64,000 nucleotides of DNA from NCBI GenBank assembly GCA_026936335.1, contig JAPMXV010000056.1:319649-383648 (forward strand). Direction: 5' to 3'. Under the pieces are notes generated by a model. The model was given only the letters and a program-made list of their open reading frames with translations, ran no database searches and was not told the DNA's origin. The translations under genes and the position numbers were made by a program. Source of the stretch: Mantamonas sphyraenae STR306. Lineage: Eukaryota; Protista; CRuMs. Below, piece by piece: positions 40,561-52,700 of the stretch (the stretch's first letter is position 1; the number at the start of each line of letters is the position of its first letter).

Positions 40561-40701
40561 GCTCACTCAACTCCGTAACGCCTGTCTCAGCATCACTTGG
40601 TCTCTCTGTGGTGCCGCCCCCTTGGTCCCATCTCTCTTCTACTTCCCGCAGCCGTCGCATCCGCGTCGGCTCCGCCAAAACGACCGTCCACACCTGCCAT
40701 C

Positions 40702-41280
40702 ATGTCTAGTGATCTTCCCGAAGGCTGGGAGAAGATGGAGTCCAAGTCCAACCCGGGCAAGTACTACTACTACAACCGCACCACAAACGAGAGCACCTGG
40801 AACAAGCCGGAAAGTGGGTGCTGATTCGCGCGCGCGCCCGCGTCACTTTGTCCCGCCGTTTGATGACAACAATCCACTCTGCTGACACACATCCCTGTAC
40901 ACCCGTCGCTCGCGCGTGTGTGGCTTTCTCTGCTGTGCACAGAGCTGCAGTACCGAGCCTCGCACATCCTGGTCAAGCACACCGAATCTCGTCGTCCAAG
41001 CTCCTGGCGCGAGGACGTCATTACCCGCTCCAAGGACGAAGCCATCGACATTCTTCAGGGCTACCGTTCACAGATTGTCGACAACGAGCGCTCGTTTGAG
41101 GAGATTGCCAGCGAGTACTCCGACTGTGGTAGCGCCAAGCGCGAGGGTGATCTCGGCACGTTTGGGCCGGGCGACATGCAGAAACCCTTTGAGGACGCCG
41201 TGGCGGCTCTGGACGTGGGCGAACTCAGTGGAATCGTCGAGACCGCATCGGGGGTGCACATCATCAAGCGAACGGGATGA
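40702..41280 (+). CDS. PIN1: Peptidyl-prolyl isomerase Pin1 (WW + parvulin), intron 40814-40942
   Basis: LPEGWEK..S....YYYN..T.ESTWNKP; RASHILVKH..SRRPSSWR, SDCGSA, GDLG, MQKPFE, SGVHII. Confidence 0.97.
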
Positions 41281-41331
41281 GAAAAGGGGCGTGGCAAAAA
41301 CAAAACTGTTTTCTTTCCAATGCCATCATTG

Positions 41332-42915
41332 TCACGCACTGCTGCCGCTCACGTCCAACACACGCTTTTCCACCGACGACACGGGTGCCAGCAGCATCTC
41401 GCCCTGGGCCAGGCTGTCGAAAAACTCAAACACAACGTCGATGATGAGCATTCCACGCGGCGAACCTTCCACGACCACGCCCGGTTGGTATGCGGTCAGA
41501 CCATCGCCGCCCGTGTGCAGAAACTCGGTAATGGCGATGGTGTACTCGGCCTCCAGGTCCATGGGCGTGCGTCCTTCATCCAGGTCTGTGGTCGACTCTG
41601 CTTCCAGTTCGTCTTTGCGCAGCACATACTCGTCCACACCGCCGGCGAATGTGCGTGTACCGTGCTCCGGAGCGAGATACAGAGCACGCATGCGACTTCC
41701 CGGCTCTGCGCCTTCGTCGTAGCGCACCACAAAGCCGCTGACCTGTGGAAAGGCGCCACTTTTCAACGGCGCCGCTGCAAGTTGCTGCTCCATGGCCTCC
41801 CAAATCTGCTGGCCCTTGATACGCACCATCACAGCCGGTGCAGTGAAGGGGAGTTCCGTGGCCATGTGGGCACGCGTCATTGTGGTGCCCGCAGGGTAGG
41901 TGACGTCGCCTCGGATAAAGCCGCCGTTGATCATGCCCAGATCGGCGCCCATACGCAGGCGCATGGCATCTGCAATCATGCTGCCCATTGACGAGCTGCG
42001 TGTGCGCACCACACTGCTCAGAGAGTGCATGTCCTGTCCAATGTGCAGCGGCAGCGCTGCGTCCGGGTTGTCCACGCTCACCCGATACTGCTTTACCACC
42101 TCCAGCAGCTCCTCGTCCGCCTCTTCGTCTGCGTTCAGCGCAAACCTCCAATCGTAGTCGATGCGCGCAACCTCTCCTTTCGCCCCGCGTCGCACGTGCG
42201 CGTCGATGCGGCCCAGCCAGTACGCGTTTTGTCCGCACTTGACAATCAGCGTCTTGTCGCCCACAATCTCGCTAAAGGGCTCGTGTACGTGGCCTCCCAG
42301 AATCAGGTCAATTTGTGGCAGCTTGCGTGCCAACTGCCGGTCCTCGTTGTTGCTCAGGTGCGTGTATGCCACCACAAACTCTGCCCCGTCCGCTTGCAGC
42401 TGCGCCACGCACCTCTCCGCCGTCTCCAGAATGTCTGCAAACACAACTGCCTCGCTGGGTGACGACAGCTTGGGAGTCATGAGCGTGCACACGCCAAAGA
42501 AGCCCACCTTGACGCCTTGCACCTCCTCCACGTTTGTGTCCACGCATCCAGGCAGCAGGGCGTCCTCCAGCAGCACATTCGACCCATACCACATGAACGA
42601 CGACTCGGCCATCCGTTCCATCAGCACCGTTTCTCCGTAGTCAAACTCGTGATTGCCCAGCACCACCTTGTCTACGCCCATCCGTTCAAACAGTTCCACC
42701 ATGTGCGCGCCTTTGTACTTGTTCGCCGCCGCCGACGCACTCAGAAAGTCGCCGCACACAGACACGACAGGCGTCTTGCACGTCTCTCGTTCTCGTTTCA
42801 GCATCGTTTGCATCTGTGGCAGGCCGCCCTTGCCCTGCACGGGCTCCAGCGCGTACACATCGTTGATGGTCAGAAACGTTACCACGCTCTTTTCCGCATT
42901 TTCCTTGACACTCAT
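41332..42915 (-). CDS. 5'-nucleotidase/apyrase family (metallophosphoesterase plus C-terminal domain), no signal peptide
   Basis: NDVY, GDFL, GNHEFD, THL, ILGGHVH, INGGFIRGD, GAFPQVSG, GGDG. Confidence 0.9.
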   Translation of the reverse strand: MSVKENAEKSVVTFLTINDVYALEPVQGKGGLPQMQTMLKRERETCKTPVVSVCGDFLSASAAANKYKGAHMVELFERMGVDKVVLGNHEFDYGETVLMERMAESSFMWYGSNVLLEDALLPGCVDTNVEEVQGVKVGFFGVCTLMTPKLSSPSEAVVFADILETAERCVAQLQADGAEFVVAYTHLSNNEDRQLARKLPQIDLILGGHVHEPFSEIVGDKTLIVKCGQNAYWLGRIDAHVRRGAKGEVARIDYDWRFALNADEEADEELLEVVKQYRVSVDNPDAALPLHIGQDMHSLSSVVRTRSSSMGSMIADAMRLRMGADLGMINGGFIRGDVTYPAGTTMTRAHMATELPFTAPAVMVRIKGQQIWEAMEQQLAAAPLKSGAFPQVSGFVVRYDEGAEPGSRMRALYLAPEHGTRTFAGGVDEYVLRKDELEAESTTDLDEGRTPMDLEAEYTIAITEFLHTGGDGLTAYQPGVVVEGSPRGMLIIDVVFEFFDSLAQGEMLLAPVSSVEKRVLDVSGSSA

Positions 42916-43072
42916 TCGCCCACGCTGTCTCCTTTCTGTGTACTGTGCTATGTATTGTCTATGTATGCGCGTCTCTGTCACTGATTCCTGTCTCTGGGAG
43001 CGTGCAGGTGGTTTTGCGCAGTGGGACGAAAAGGTGGGTTTGCGCTTTTGATTGGCATGGCACGCGCTGGCT

Positions 43073-44164
43073 TCACTGAAGAGCGCACGACGACACACAC
43101 GATGACTGGCCCGCTTGGCCATGTTTGTTGCCCTCTCCCTCCAGTGCATCCTCGTCGCTGCCATCCCAGGAGCTGCCCAGCCAGCAAAGGATGCGAGCCA
43201 TCACCTCGTCCGGCACTGTCGTCCACTGGCCAGCAGACTCATATCCCTCCATCCCACCTGCCTCAAACATCCTCTCTCTCTCCTCCATATTCATCACCAG
43301 CGCCGTCTCCACCTGGACATCCATCCGTGGCGACACGCGCCAGTGTTCGCGTGCGCTCCATGCGTCCAGCGTCAGACCGTCCAACAACTCCACGCACTCT
43401 TGGTTCCGCCTCATCCAAGTGGCCAACTCCCGCCGCTTCCATCCTTTGATCAGCGATCTGCACACCAGCGGCTTGCGGATGCCAAAACTCAGCGGCTGTT
43501 CGATTGCCATGTCCTTGCGACGCACACACGCGAGCAACAGAAGCACTGGCACTCCCTGTAACGCCGCAAACGTGCATTCCACAAGCCCGTTGTCGCTCAT
43601 GAGCACGTCCAGCATCGCTGCGTTGCGGTGCCGTTCCAAACCCCTCACAGCCGTCTCCAGCGGCGTGTCCAGCGCACTGCCAGCCTCAAAGTACCGTGGC
43701 ACACCCATATCCAATAGATCCTGCACTTCCTCCACGTTGTTGTCCGCCACAGCTTCCATCAATTCTGTGCGAAGCCTCCGATTCCGCAGGAGGTGGAGAT
43801 GCAGCCACTCCGACTCCTCCACGTCTCCAATTTGCAGTTCCACCATGGCTGCGTTCAATGTCAACGCATACGCCATCTCGCTGGCAACGTCCTCGCTCAA
43901 GTCGCCCAGCAGTTGCAGCTGCTCCACGGCGCTTCCCTGTCGCACCGCCTCCACAAACACCAAGGCCGCCTCGTCCGACGCCACGCGCACGCTCACTCGT
44001 CGCAGAGTGTCGTGGGCCATCCATCGCGCAACTTCCTCAGCCTCTTCCACGTCGATCGTGCCTATTCCACGCAAATCCAGCCACGTTGCGCTTCCGTCGT
44101 CCAGGTTTGCCACCTTGCCCGTCGGCAGCTTCCTACGCATGTGCTGAACCCGTGCGCTGTCCAT
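43073..44164 (-). CDS. Degenerate LRR + ankyrin protein with C-terminal F-box-like motif
   Basis: RNI-like LRR remnants, LMEAVADNNVEEVQDLLDMG / TPLETAV ankyrin-like, tail WTTVPDEVMARILCWL; paralogous to 58185-59967. Confidence 0.55.
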   Translation of the reverse strand: MDSARVQHMRRKLPTGKVANLDDGSATWLDLRGIGTIDVEEAEEVARWMAHDTLRRVSVRVASDEAALVFVEAVRQGSAVEQLQLLGDLSEDVASEMAYALTLNAAMVELQIGDVEESEWLHLHLLRNRRLRTELMEAVADNNVEEVQDLLDMGVPRYFEAGSALDTPLETAVRGLERHRNAAMLDVLMSDNGLVECTFAALQGVPVLLLLACVRRKDMAIEQPLSFGIRKPLVCRSLIKGWKRRELATWMRRNQECVELLDGLTLDAWSAREHWRVSPRMDVQVETALVMNMEERERMFEAGGMEGYESAGQWTTVPDEVMARILCWLGSSWDGSDEDALEGEGNKHGQAGQSSCVSSCALQ

Positions 44165-44272
44165 CCTCTCTTCTACTGTACAGGCGGCACCTACCGACAC
44201 CTGTTGTGCGCAAGCAAGGAGGGGCAAACCGGTTTTGTTTGGTCCGACGCGACCGCACACACTCTCCGTGCA

Positions 44273-45043
44273 CTATGATGTGTCCCACGTCTCCACCATT
44301 TCGCCAATCTCCTTCCACACACCCAGCTCCTCCTTGACGCGCTCCAACCAGTTGCACACGCGTTCAAACGCGTCCACGTTGATGTCGCTTGTGGTCAGCG
44401 CCAACTCCAGCCAGCTGGCTACCGCCACGTCGGCGATGCTCGCCTGTTGATTGGCTACAAACTTGTGCTCGCCCAGCTGTGCCTCCAGCCATGTGAATGC
44501 GGCTAGAATCTGGTCGTTGCACTCTTCAGCCTTCCCTTCCTCTGCCTCTTCGCTGTCCTGCAGCAACCTCAGTGCCACTGTGGGTTCTCGCAGCTCACGC
44601 AGCGCCCAGTCCAACACTGCGTCCACCTCTGCACGCTTTCGCACATCCATGGGATAGTGTGTACCGCCCTGCTCGTGTGTCGTGTCCCCGATAAACCGGA
44701 GCATCGTGTTGCTGCTTCCCCGCAGCACCAGGTTCGAGCTATGGCCCGGCTGCGTATCCAGTCGCGGAAACCGCTCTCCCAACTCAAAGGGCGATTCGCC
44801 CAGCTTGGTGTCCTCCACAGGAACCACTTTGTTTGACCCCTTGCTCTTTCCTTGAGTGCGACCCTCCCCTTCGTTGCCCACACCTCCGTCCGCAACAGTC
44901 TCCACGCTGATCTCCACGTCGTTGGCCAGGCACAGATTGTACACAGCCAGCACATCTCCCAGCAACTCTGGCCGCTTGCCGTCCACCAGCAAGCGCATTT
45001 GGACGTTGCTGGCGACAAGAAAGGATTGGCCAAACGGGGGCAT
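44273..45043 (-). CDS. Glutathione S-transferase-like protein
   Basis: FPRL...SNTMLRFI, YP.D.RKRAEVDAVLDW, LEAQLGEHKFVA....SIADVAV. Confidence 0.75.
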   Translation of the reverse strand: MPPFGQSFLVASNVQMRLLVDGKRPELLGDVLAVYNLCLANDVEISVETVADGGVGNEGEGRTQGKSKGSNKVVPVEDTKLGESPFELGERFPRLDTQPGHSSNLVLRGSSNTMLRFIGDTTHEQGGTHYPMDVRKRAEVDAVLDWALRELREPTVALRLLQDSEEAEEGKAEECNDQILAAFTWLEAQLGEHKFVANQQASIADVAVASWLELALTTSDINVDAFERVCNWLERVKEELGVWKEIGEMVETWDTS

Positions 45044-45141
45044 GCCATTTCATTTCACAAAAACATTTGTTTTTCAATGCCACAATGCCACTCACTGTGG
45101 AAGCAACACACACGCACGCTCCCACTCCCGTTTCCCCAGGC

Positions 45142-45801
45142 TCACATGTCCCCGTGCACCTGGACCCCGTGCACTGTGCAGAACGACTCGTAGCCGTTCT
45201 CAATCACAAACTTGAGGTACTTGGCAGGCATCCGGTTCAGTTGATGCGTCTCCATCACCATGTCCCCTTCCCGGTCTGCCAGTTCCACCGTAAACACCGT
45301 TTCAAACGAGTCTGGCTCCCCGCTATCGCTTCGCTCCACCGTCAGCGTTTTTACTGTGTGTCCAGCACACGTGGACGACCCACAACACCACAGTCCAATG
45401 TCCGTCGCCGTGGATCCGTGTTTTGTGTTGCATGTGCCCATCTCTCGGTGTCAGTCTTCCTGTGGCTTTGGCACGTGCGCCCAACGCGTCGTTGATGATC
45501 GCGCCCGTTTTCGCTGCGCCCTCACTCTTATTTCTCCACTGCCCAATTGCCACCACCCATGCCTTCCACGATTCCCCCTCCCCTCTCTCGGTTCCTTCCA
45601 CCTACCATTGGTGGTCACCGTCTTGATGTTCTGCACCTCGGCCACGCCGGCCAGCGCCACGACAAACTCCTGCGGGTACATCCCCGTGCTGCTCCAGTAC
45701 GACGTTTCGTCGTCATCGATCATGTTCTCCGGCGGGTGCTTTTCGTCGTACGACGTGGCAAGCACAATCGACCCTCCTGCAGATTCCAGTGCAAGATCCA
45801 T
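45142..45801 (-). CDS. IFT25: Intraflagellar transport protein 25 (one intron ~45600-45362)
   Basis: ATSYDEKHPPENMID, WSSTGMYPQEFVV, YLKFVIENGYESFCTVH. Confidence 0.93.
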
Positions 45802-45894
45802 GTCACAACAAGAAGCGGGGGAAAGAAGCCGTTGTTTGCGTCCGGCGGCGCGCCAAAAAACCGTTTCCACGCACAGCCGCGAAACACACTCAAT

Positions 45895-46469
45895 CTACAC
45901 TTCATTGTTGCTCATCAACCTGTCAATCGTCTGCTTCTGGGTCTGTTCAACCTTGAGCAGTGCGTCGTACTGCGCTTGCAGCCTGTGGTGAAAACCCGCC
46001 AAGCACCGCGCAGCACAGCGTGAGCTCCCCCGATCTCTCTCCTCCTTTCCCCTCCCTCTCTTCCCTCCCACGGCTCCCCTCACCTTTCCAGCTCTTGCTT
46101 TTTGTCGTTGTACTGTGCGTCCAGCTCGGCTTCAAGCCGCCTGCGCCGCTCCTGCTCGCTGTGAAGCCTGTTTGCTTGGCCAATGGCCTTCAGCTTCAGC
46201 TGCTCCACCTTGCCCCCCTGCTCGTTGATCAGCTTTACAAACTCATCCGTCACGTTGTTGAACTCTCCGATTTCTGCGTGGTGTGTGTGTGTGTGCACGG
46301 CGCGAGTGAGTCAGCGCTTGCTATGTGCTGGCCGAGGCGAGCTCTCCCCCATCAACCTACTCGACACAAACTGGTCGCACGACTCGCTCAGTTTGATTGA
46401 ATCGTCGAAAACCTGCGGGTCCAGAAGTCGGATGTTGAACTGGTCGTCAAACGTAATGTCGTCGCCCAT
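45895..46469 (-). CDS. IFT20: Intraflagellar transport protein 20 (2 introns)
   Basis: FDDQFNIRLLDP, L.ESCDQFV, VEQLKLKAIG, KKQELERL..QYDALLKVE..QK..I. Confidence 0.93.
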
Positions 46470-46570
46470 GCCGCCTTTGCTCCTGGTATTAGGTTGCTTT
46501 GTTTTGCCTGCTCCCGCGGCCCCACCGCAAATCACACACCGTTCATCCCCACCCCCGTCCAGGATCAAAT

Positions 46571-47805
46571 ATGGTTTCTGACCAGGTCCAAGGTCTGCTG
46601 GGCGCCCTCATCGCCATCGTCTGCTTCGGCTCCAACTACGTGTTCATCAAGGGCCGGCCTGTCGGCGATGGCATCATTGTGCAGTGGGCCATGGCCAACG
46701 GCATCCTCCTTACGGGTCTTGTGGCCACCATTGCCAGTGGCACCTTTGTCTTTGAGCTTTCCGGCCTTCTCGGAGGCGCCCTGTGGGCATGCGGCAACGC
46801 AATGGTCCCGCTCATCATCCGCTACATTGGCCTGGGCCTGGGCCTGCTTCTCTGGAGCGGCTCCAACCTCATTATGGGTTGGGCTGCAGGCCGCTTTGGC
46901 TTCTTTGGCATCCCCATTGTGAGTGGAGTCTGTGGGCGCCTTGTTCCCGGCACGATTCCCCCATTTCCCGCTCCTGCAGCAAGGTTCCCACGCTCACACG
47001 CGTACGCACTCCCCTGATCACCCCAACTTTGTCCGTCCGCACTCAACTCGTACCCAATGACCTCGTGGGCACCCTGTAGAAACCACTCGACCTGCCCGTG
47101 CTCAACTACATTGGTGCGGCGACGGGCCTTGTGTCGCTCGTCGTCTACTTTTTCATCAAGCCCACCGTCAGTGACGAGACCCTCACCGTGGAGGGCGGCA
47201 GCGAGTTTGCTCGCATCGGCACCAACGTCGAACAGGACTTGATCCGCCAGTCCATCACACAGGATCAAAGCATCCAGGCTGGCTACTCGCTGAAGAATGC
47301 AGAGGATGCAGCTCGACACCGCCGCCTGATGGGCATCGGCATGGCCATGCTGGCCGGCGGCGTGTTTTACGGCTTTTGCATGATCCCTTTCCAGCTGTGG
47401 TACGAGACCAAAGGCCAGGCTCAAGGTGTGCCTCCTGTGGCCTTTGCCTTTTGCCACTTTACAGGCATCTGGCTCCTCAGCACCCTCCTCATGGTCGTGT
47501 ACATCGCCCTCCGTCGCAACCAGCCTACTGTGTATTCCAGCACCTTGCTGCCTGGATTTGTCAGCGGCGCCGTCTGGGGAATTGCTCAGGCCTCATGGTT
47601 TGTCACCAACGCCCACCTCAACATGGATGTCGGCTACCCGCTGGTCACCATCGGACCCTGCATCGTCTCCTCCATGTGGAGCATTTTCTACTACAAGGAG
47701 ATCCAAGGAAAGCACAACCTGTCCGTTCTGGCCGCCGGCATGTTGCTCAACGTGGCCTGCATCGTCTTGACGCTGCTCAGCAAAATTGGCACCTCTGGTC
47801 TCTGA
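46571..47805 (+). CDS. TMEM144: TMEM144-like 10-TM DMT-family transporter (intron 46918-47079)
   Basis: CFGSNYV, GDG...QW, GGALWACGN, IGLGLGLLLW, GW..GRFG.FG, FCHFTGI, WSIFYYKEI.G. Confidence 0.9.
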
Positions 47806-47874
47806 GGAGAAGGAGGAGGAGGAGGAGGAGAAGAAGGAGCATCTCAACAATGACTGTACATTCTACTTTCCCGT

Positions 47875-49747
47875 TTACGCCTCATCTCCCTCGTCTTCCA
47901 GCAGTTCATCACCAAAGCGTGCGAGGGCGTCCAGTTCACGCTCTGCTTCACCCGATCCGCCGGCCTCGGCTGCTGCGCGTGCCTGCGCTGTGCCGCCCAT
48001 ACCCATGCGCTCGTACTGACGCAGCGTTGCCAGCACAGTGTTGCGCTCTTGCTGCACGTTGCGCAGCTGCAGTTCCTTCTGAGCAAGCCGTTCTTCCAAG
48101 TACTCTGTCTTTGCGCGTTCCTCTGCACTCGCATCCATCTTGCGTCGCTCCATGTCTCGCTCCAAAGTGCGTGCGTTGATTGTGGCCTTTGTCAGCTCCT
48201 TCTTCAGTTCAGCGTTCTCCAGCCTCAGTTTGCGCTCGCGCTCCTCGGCCTCATCGCTCTGCTCTCGGGCAAGTTCTGCCAGCGCCTCACGGTGAATGCG
48301 TCGCTCTTCCTCCAACTGTGCGTACACCTCGTCCATACGCTCGCGGTGTTTCTTGTTCTCCTTTCCGCTGCTTTCGTGGATCAGCTTCAAGCGCTCCACT
48401 TCGCTGCGTTTGGATCCCAGTTCCCGCTTCAGCTCGCCAATCTCCTCCTTGTACGCTTCCAGCTGCTTGGCAACACTGTTGCGTACAGCTTCCACTTGCG
48501 ACTGAGTCTGGTTCTGCTCCTGCGACCGCTGTGCCAGCAGCATATCCCGCTCTCCCCGCAGCCGCTCCACTTCTGTTCGCAGCAAGCGAGTCATGCGACC
48601 GTGTCCGGCACCACCTTCGTTGTCATCGCTTTCGTCGCCACTTCCGCTGCCGCCCTGCTGGCCGCGCTTTGCCTGTTCGACTACCTTGCGCTTCCACATG
48701 CCGTCCAGCACACGCAGCCGGCTTTGCATGAACGACAGCCGCTCGACGTATGTCGACACCGTCACCATGCCTTCCTTCAGCTGCGCTTCCACTGTTCGCA
48801 GACCTGCCTCGCGTCGCTGGATGGCCACCATGGCCTGGCGCACGAGTTGCTTTTCGCGGTGCGCCTGGGTCGTCGCCTGCTCTTGCGAAAGCTCCAACTT
48901 GGCCACCTGCGTCTTGAGTTTCTTGCTCACGCTGCATTCCAGTTCCAATTCGGCCTGCAGACCGACTGCAGTCTGGTGTAGCACCTCGCGTGTGGCTTCC
49001 AGCGTCGTGATTTCCTGTGCGGCTTCACCCAGCCTTCCCGTCAGCTCGTCCACCTTGTTGCGCAGGGTCAACTCGTCTGTCTTGTGTGCAACCATGAGTT
49101 CAAAGACCTTTTCGCGCCAGCGTGTCACCAGTCGCTCCTCTGTTTCTGCCTTGCTCACGCCATCCTGGCGCGCGGCGGCAATGTCGCCCTCCTGCACACG
49201 AAGGATCTGCTGCAGTGCCTCGGTGCGTGTCTTGAGCAGATCCACCTGCGTTTGAAGCGCTTCCTTCTCCTCTTGCAACTTGTCGACCTGTGCCGCACTC
49301 AGCAGCGCCTCCGAGCCCGTCGTCTTGGTCGAGTTGGGGAAGTACGCCTTGAAGTTGTTGACCAGGCGTCGCTCCTCCTCCAGCTGTGTCTCAAGCTGCT
49401 TGATCTGCTCCTGCAGGTCCTTTTGTACCGCAGCGGCCTCCATCTGCACGGACTCCACCTGCAGAGCGAGCTTTTCGTTGGCTCGCTTCACATCAAGCAT
49501 CTCTGCTGTTGTCTTGCGTCCTTGCTCCCTGTGCTGCGACAGGCGTTCGTTGGCGTCTTTCAGTCGTCCTTGCAGCTCGTCCATCTGTTCTTGCATCTCT
49601 GCCATGCCAGCATCGTCCTGGTACACAACTTGCGGCTTGTCGTTCTCCTTGTCTCCCAAGTGTCTTGCCATCGACTCGAGCTGCTGCATGAGCTGCGCAT
49701 TGGTTTGCTCCAGGGTACGCAGACGAGCGTCGTTTGCGTTCCACTGG

Positions 49748-49782
<35 letters not shown>

Positions 49783-52700
49783 TCCAGTGCTGGCCCGCAG
49801 CAGTTCGTTCAGCTGCGCCTCCAGCCTCTCCATACGGGCGTTCTCCACCGACGACGAGCTCATGGACATGCTTGGGAAAGTGTGTTGCTGTTGCTGCTGC
49901 TGCTGCTGTTGTTGCTGCTGCGCGTGCGCACGTTCTGTCATCTGCAGCTGCGTTTCCAGTTGTTGTGTCTTGCCCTTGGCTTGGATGAGTTCGATCTCCA
50001 GATCCCGGTTGCGTTGTTGCAGCGTCGCATTGTCCGTCTGAGCGGTGTTGAGGAGGGATTGCAAGTGTTGCACCTGCTGCTGCTCCATCCAGGAGTTTTG
50101 TTGCGGCTGCATCTGCGCTTGCGGAGCTGCCATGCTTTGGTTGGCCATGCCCGAGGCACTTGTTCGTGTGGAGCTGCTCTGCAGCTCTTGGGTCTCACGC
50201 TGCATGCGTTGCAAGCGTTCACGTGCAGCCTGAAGTTGCACCTGAGCGTCGCGCTGCACATCGTCCACAGTCTGCTCCAGCGACACCACCTGACGCTGCA
50301 GGCGCTTGATGTTTTGCTGGGCGGTGAACAGCTCGTTCTCCACCTCTTCCTTTTCCTCCACGGCAGCGCGCAACTTGTCCTTGGCCTCGCGCTTGGCCTT
50401 TTCCAGCTCTTTCGCCGGGACGGTGAGTTCATCTGCCACGAAGCTCAGTTCCTGCTGTTGCTGTTGATGCTGCTGTGTCTGTCTGTGCGTAGCAGCTTCG
50501 GCGGCTGCCTGTAGAGCCTGCTGCAGGCGTTCGACCTCAGCTTCGAGAGTCTCTTGCGTGCGCGTAGCCATCTTCTCGGCTGCTTCCAGTTCGCGCACAC
50601 GCAAAGTCTTGTCCTGAACCTGTGCACTGAGCTCCATCACAGCCCGGCTTTTCTCCTCGCGCATGGTTTCCACCGTGCTGCGCATCTGCTCCCGCAGAGA
50701 ATCTGCAAGTTCGGTCTTGGCCTCGGCCTCTTGCGACGCCTTGGCCAGACGCGCTTCGCTTGCTTCCAGTTCAGCTTGCAGAGTGTCTGAAGCGCGCTGC
50801 AGTGCCTCTTTCTCCCGCCTCTCGTCCTTGAGGTCATCCTGGGCCTCTGTGAGGTAAGTTCGCAGTTGCTCCAAGGTCTTTGTGTTCTCCTCAAACTGTT
50901 TGGACAGCGATTCGTGGTTGCGAGACAGCTCTTGGTAGCCGCGATCACCCTGACTGAGGGTGGACTGCAACTGGTCGTTGGACTCCTCCAGTTTCGTGAT
51001 CTTGTTGCGCGCCTTTGCCAGGTCCAGCGAGCGCTGCTCGAGCTCCTCTTGCATGGTTTCCACCTGCTTGCTGGCCTGCAACTGCTCGGCGGATGCATCA
51101 GCCAGCTGGCTCTCCAAATTGCGGATGCGGTCGAGATCTTGCTTGACGGCGTACTCGAGCTGCTGGTTGCGCGCACGAGTCTTTTGGTACAGTCCTGGGA
51201 GCTTCATGAGCTCGGCCTTTGTGCGCTGGAGGCCGTCTAGGGTTTGCGTCACTTCGCGTTGCTTCTCTTGCAGCGCCTTGTTTGCGGTGAGCGCTTGGTC
51301 GAGCTGCTTGGCCAAGGAAGCGTTTTTGGCCTCCATGTCGGCGAGCTTCTGGCTGGTGCTCTCTGCATTGCCCTGGCTGACCTTGCGCTGCTCCACGAGG
51401 ACGTTGAGTTGGGCCTGCAGACGCTTGAGCTCCTCCTCCTGGGCGGCACTCTGCAGTTGCAGCGTGTCTGCGCGCTTGCGCTGGGACACAGCCACCGTGC
51501 CGGACGAAGCCAGCTTGTGCACGTGGTCCTCCTGCTCCTCCTTGAGCTGTGCAATCTTGTCGCGCAGCTGCTTGGTCAGGGCAGGAAGCTTGACCAAGTG
51601 TGCGTGCTGGCCCTGTAGGGCATCGAGGGCCTCCTGTGTCTGAACACGGCGCTGCGTCTCGGCCGTCAGCTGCTCTTCGGTGGCATGCAGCTGGGTGGTG
51701 AGCGACTGAATGCGTTCCTCGAGCACGCGCTTGCCCTCCATGGTAGTGTGCAGCTGTTTGTTAACAATGGCAGTTTGCTCGCGCAGTACGTTGACCTGCT
51801 GGTCGAGGCTGTTTGCTCGCTGCAGCGAGGTGAGCATGTTGCTGCCCGTGCTCTCCAGCTGCTTTTGCGTCTCTTCGCGCTCCCTCATGAGGGCGTCCTT
51901 GCTGGTCTGCGCTTCTTCTTGCAGTTCGCGAAACTTTTTGAAGGCCATGCGCTGAAAGACCTCCATGCGGCGCACCTGGTCGCGAAGCTCGCGGTTCTCT
52001 TTGTCGTGGGTCGTGGTGGCCTCTTGCAGCCGTGCGTTTTCCGAGCGCAGCGAAAGCATCTCGTTCTGCTGCTTCTCGAGCTGGTCGAGCATTTCGAGCT
52101 GCTTCATCTTGCTCTTGTGAGCCTGTTCTGTGTGCTGGCGCATCTGTTGAACCTGATCGAGCAGCTCCTCGTTGTCATTCTGCAGCTTGGCGAGCTGGGC
52201 CTGGGTCTGGGCAAGCTTCTGCTGCACAGAGACGGAAGAATCGACACTGAGGGAAAGGGAGTCGGCTGGGTGGGTGACGCTGGAGCTGGTGGAGGCGGTG
52301 GCCGGCTGGTTGCGCTGCCATTGCTTGCGCTTGCGCTTGGCGGTGGCCTGCAACAGCTCTGGGTCCTGGGAAGGCTGTGGATCCTCGGGCGTGTTCGGGT
52401 ACAAGGTTTTGATGTACTCGCTGCTGTCGTCGTCGTCATCGTCGTCATCATCACCGTCGCGGCCATCTGTCTTGGAATCGTGCGGGCGACCCTCGTCGGA
52501 CGGAGTGCTGGCCGGGGAAATGATGGGGTTGTGAGAGGAGGAGGAGGAAGAGGTGGAGGCGTTGGTGGGTTGGTTTTTGCCAGCAAGGGAGGTTGTGCTG
52601 GAGGAGGTGTCCTCGGGAGAGATGGACTGAACGGGTTGCGGCACGGTGTTCTCTTCAGGGCTTTGGTCGAGCTCGGAGGTGTGCTTGACGTCGTGGCGAT